This document shows, one piece after another, positions 61,328-64,000 of a stretch of DNA of 64,000 bases. The notes beneath the pieces were generated by a model. That model did not search any database, was not told the DNA's origin, and saw only the letters and a program-made list of their open reading frames with translations. Position numbers and translations under genes: made by a program. Every line of letters begins with the position of its first letter. Position 1 is the first letter of the stretch. Source of the stretch: a virus (taxonomy: Duplodnaviria; Caudoviricetes); the IMG/VR virus record IMGVR_UViG_3300045391_005020; one strand, written 5' to 3'.

Positions 61328-61846
61328 TTAGTTACCCTTGATCTTGCGGACCAAGTGGACGCTGTCGTTGTTCGACAGGATGTGGTCGAGACCGACCACG
61401 CGACCGCCGGAGCGGATCTCGAGGCCCGAGATGTCGCCCAAGCCGGCGGTGTCGATGGCGCAGCGCACGCTGCGGTCGCCGTTCAGGGTGATCTCGGTGA
61501 TGACGCCCGGGAGCTTGCCGATGCGAACGCGAATGAAGTCGTCGTTCTCTTCGTCGCCCGCGTCGTCGTCGAGGTCATCGTCGCCGTAGGTGTCGTCGTC
61601 GCCGTCGACATCGTCGCTGTAGTCGGGGGCGTTGCCCTTGATCTTGCGGAGCAGGAGCACGGTCTGGCCGTCGCTCAAGGTGGTGTCGAGAGTGGCGTCG
61701 GCGCCGCTGACGCGGATCTGGTAGCCGTCGGCCACGAGGCCCGCGAGCTCCAGCGCCTTGCGGACGCTGCGATCGTTAACGAGTCCGACGTCCTGCATCG
61801 CGCCGCCGGGAGCAATGCCAACCTTAACAGTGATGGTGACTTCCAT
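61328..61846 (-). CDS. tandem di-ubiquitin-like (beta-grasp) precursor
   Basis: Two ~70-aa repeats (DRSVR.A...AGL....IR..G...LD..L....V.L.RKIKGN) joined by a ~30-aa Asp-rich linker; next to E1 and JAB. Confidence 0.85.
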   Translation of the reverse strand: MEVTITVKVGIAPGGAMQDVGLVNDRSVRKALELAGLVADGYQIRVSGADATLDTTLSDGQTVLLLRKIKGNAPDYSDDVDGDDDTYGDDDLDDDAGDEENDDFIRVRIGKLPGVITEITLNGDRSVRCAIDTAGLGDISGLEIRSGGRVVGLDHILSNNDSVHLVRKIKGN

Positions 61847-61929
61847 GGTATATACCTTTCAGGGGTAGTGAGAATTCAAGTGGTGAAACGAATCAGTGAT
61901 GAACACAGGGAAACTGGGAAACAGAGAAA

Positions 61930-62622
61930 CTAGATTTCGCCGGCAACCAAATTGAGCGGTTGCAGGCCGACGATCGTGGAGAGCTCCGGAAGAATCGACC
62001 CAGGAGCGGCGTTCTGGTAGCTGAACCAACGGATGAGATGCCAGACCGCGATGCTCGAGATACAGGCCGCGGTGGCCCCGACCGTAGTAGCGGCGCCACA
62101 AGCTGACGTCTCCGCTTCTGCGTCGGTGTAGGTCATGGTGCCTTCCCAATACTGGATCTGGGAGGGCTCGCAGGGATTGATCGCGTAGATGCGCCCGGAG
62201 TCGGCGCCCATCCTGGTTTCCACCATGAGGGCGACGTGGGCCTTGTACTTCAGCGACTTTTCCCAGATCGCCTTGCGCGATTCCATGGTGTCGGTCAGCA
62301 GGAAAACGATGGAGCCGAGCTGTTCGCCACCCAGGACCTTGACCGGGTGCATCGTGATGGCGGTACCGGTTTGGCGCTGCACGAATTCCGCAAGCGCCTC
62401 GACTTTCAATTTACCGATATCGTCATTGCCGAAGACCTGGTTGGCGATGTTGTGTTCGGCCACAACATCGTCGTCCCAGACGTGGATGTTCTGGATCCCG
62501 AGCTTCGCGAGCTCGAGAACGACTCGACTCCCGGTCGCGCCGGCGCCGATCACATCGACGCGACGGTTAGCGAATTGACCGGGATCGAATACTTTCAAGT
62601 GTCTGAGTGCGTCAACAGCCAT
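61930..62622 (-). CDS. ThiF/E1-like Ubl-activating enzyme
   Basis: VIGAGATGS, WDDDVV..HNIANQ, KV.AL, LTD, candidate catalytic Cys in ETSACG. Confidence 0.92.
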   Translation of the reverse strand: MAVDALRHLKVFDPGQFANRRVDVIGAGATGSRVVLELAKLGIQNIHVWDDDVVAEHNIANQVFGNDDIGKLKVEALAEFVQRQTGTAITMHPVKVLGGEQLGSIVFLLTDTMESRKAIWEKSLKYKAHVALMVETRMGADSGRIYAINPCEPSQIQYWEGTMTYTDAEAETSACGAATTVGATAACISSIAVWHLIRWFSYQNAAPGSILPELSTIVGLQPLNLVAGEI

Positions 62623-62630
62623 GGGAAACC

Positions 62631-63701
62631 TCAGATGTTGGGGAATTCAATGTGTTGTTCGTCCACAAGAATCGGGGCCGGAACCTCCGGCTGGGTTGCT
62701 GGAACTTCTTGAGGGGCGGGCAAGCTCGGGGCCCTGCCGGCCTTTACTTCGTCGATGTGACGGATGATCTCGGTGGCTTCATTGGCCGCGTTCTGTTTGC
62801 GGGCCAAAGCTTCGGCGCGGAACAATTTGCGCAGACGCTTGGCCTCGCGACGTTCCTCGCGGGTCTTGTACTTGAAGCCATTGGTGCGCGCGAGATGTCC
62901 GAAGAACTCGTCTTCGGGAGTCTCGCGCCTGCTGGATCGCATGACTTCATTCGCGAACTCGCGATCGGCGGCCGTATCGAAGTCGTCGTCGCGGAAGTCC
63001 ATGTAGCCGTAGCCGTCTTCGTCCCAGGTGCGGCCAGAGTATGCACCCTGAGCCGGAGTCTGGTTGTTGTACGGATGCTGATACCCGGAGTGACGTCCCG
63101 CGTAGTAGCCGTGACCGTACGGATTCGACGGCGCGGCGTAGGTGATCTTCTTGACCTTGTCGGCGATCTCCTTCTCCCAATAGGCGCGGCGTCCCGCGTC
63201 CAACGGAAGATCGATCGACCACTCGACGTCCCTGATCACCAGCTTGGCGGCAAATAGGAAGACGTCGAACTTGGCCTCGCGCTTCTTGTTGAAGATGCCG
63301 CGGATGAAGAACTCAGCACCGTTCTGCTGAAAGTCCTTCATCTGCGACTCGTCTTGGCCCGACGGACTCACGCCCATGTTGACGTGGCTGTGGCCCCAGA
63401 AGCGGATCCGATTGATGATCTCGTCCGCGTCGGTGCGCTGGCTCAGCTCGTTGTACAGGACTTCTTGTCCTTCCGGAGTCAGCTCGGTCGTGGTGGAGTG
63501 CACCTGCTGGCCCGGCATGAAGATCTCGTCGATCACATAGTCGTTTCCGCGTTGGTACACGGAACCGAGCCAACCGACCTCGTCGCCGACGATGTCGACC
63601 AGATGCCACATATCCTCGTAGGCATCCGGGTGGATGAAGATCTTTGGGGTCTCGATCTTGGGCATCTCGACCACGGTGTTGAATACGTGTGGACTAAACA
63701 T
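62631..63701 (-). CDS. JAB/MPN+ (JAMM) Ubl protease with long low-complexity C-terminal tail
   Basis: EVGWLG and WGHSHVNMGVSPSGQD (HxH-x7-S-x2-D). Confidence 0.9.
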   Translation of the reverse strand: MFSPHVFNTVVEMPKIETPKIFIHPDAYEDMWHLVDIVGDEVGWLGSVYQRGNDYVIDEIFMPGQQVHSTTTELTPEGQEVLYNELSQRTDADEIINRIRFWGHSHVNMGVSPSGQDESQMKDFQQNGAEFFIRGIFNKKREAKFDVFLFAAKLVIRDVEWSIDLPLDAGRRAYWEKEIADKVKKITYAAPSNPYGHGYYAGRHSGYQHPYNNQTPAQGAYSGRTWDEDGYGYMDFRDDDFDTAADREFANEVMRSSRRETPEDEFFGHLARTNGFKYKTREERREAKRLRKLFRAEALARKQNAANEATEIIRHIDEVKAGRAPSLPAPQEVPATQPEVPAPILVDEQHIEFPNI

Positions 63702-63715
63702 GGTACCTTTCACCC

Positions 63716-64000
63716 TCAAACGAGGGGACGTCCATTCGCATCGCATTCGCGACCGTCAGGAGTGAAGTAAGTCACCGTCGGGATGCCGTTCACGTCGTTC
63801 GGCGCCTGTGCAGGAGCCGCCGCAGGGCGCAGCTTGATCTTCTCCGCGATCGCTTTCATGCGATCACGGTCGGCTTGGATGCGGGCCGCTTCGGCCGCGT
63901 CGATCTTGACGTATTCCTCGTCGGTCTTGGCGAGCGGCCAGCGGTCGCACTTGGCGCCGGCTGGGTCGTCGACATTCACGCTCTGGAGATACCCGATCAG
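63716..64000 (-). CDS. C-terminus of probable E2-like protein (partial)
   Basis: Frame open to edge: LIGYLQSVNVDDPAG resembles the E2 post-catalytic helix/loop (I..LL..PN.DDP); operon context. Confidence 0.45.
   Translation of the reverse strand: MIGYLQSVNVDDPAGAKCDRWPLAKTDEEYVKIDAAEAARIQADRDRMKAIAEKIKLRPAAAPAQAPNDVNGIPTVTYFTPDGRECDANGRPLV

Noticed and set aside
61900-61932. Three to four GTTTCYCW 8-mers between E1 and Ubl
   Set aside because: Short degenerate pyrimidine tract with no supportable function.
61930-62622. ThiF/MoeB as a thiamine or molybdopterin biosynthesis gene
   Set aside because: No thiG/moaE/sulfurtransferase nearby, no CxxC Zn pairs, and the Ubl lacks a GG end; the JAB and E2-like context fits conjugation better.
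1-64000. tRNA/rRNA genes, integrase, transposase, virion genes, alternative genetic code
   Set aside because: None recognised by eye; all three stop codons end genes normally. tRNAscan/Infernal were not run, so short RNAs could be missed.

Overview
A 64-kb, GC-rich, gene-dense segment of a large dsDNA bacteriophage genome. About 140 CDSs lie on the minus strand, mostly joined by ATGA/TGATG/TAATG overlaps, and only one convincing gene is on the plus strand. I recognised no virion, integrase, tRNA or CRISPR features. From the right end leftwards there are three regions. (i) A phage-encoded ubiquitin-like conjugation cassette: the C-terminus of a probable E2-like protein, a JAB/JAMM protease, a ThiF/E1 enzyme and a tandem di-Ubl precursor whose two domains both end RKIKG|N. 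(ii) A replication/recombination module: SF2 helicase, DnaB-like helicase, primase, UDG-fold-fused family A polymerase, probable SSB, RecA-like protein, two stand-alone 3'-5' exonucleases, RusA-like resolvase, RuvB, RuvA, ATP-dependent ligase, HNH and DUF932. (iii) A long accessory region: RtcB, peptide deformylase, Nudix, DUF1643, SpoT/Mesh1-like HD hydrolase, cyclic-phosphate receiver domain, AAA+ ATPase, Lar-like protein, a beta-barrel-like exported protein, a caspase-fold protease candidate and several expanded families of small paralogues. A recurring ~40-bp promoter element (ATC-N3-ACAAT-N4-TTGACT-N15/16-TACAGT-like) occurs about 19 times, oriented with the downstream gene. It often sits 6-8 nt before a start codon, often contains the upstream gene's stop codon, and in three cases overlaps an RBS-sequestering hairpin. 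All functional calls come from motif recognition by eye; no database searches were run.
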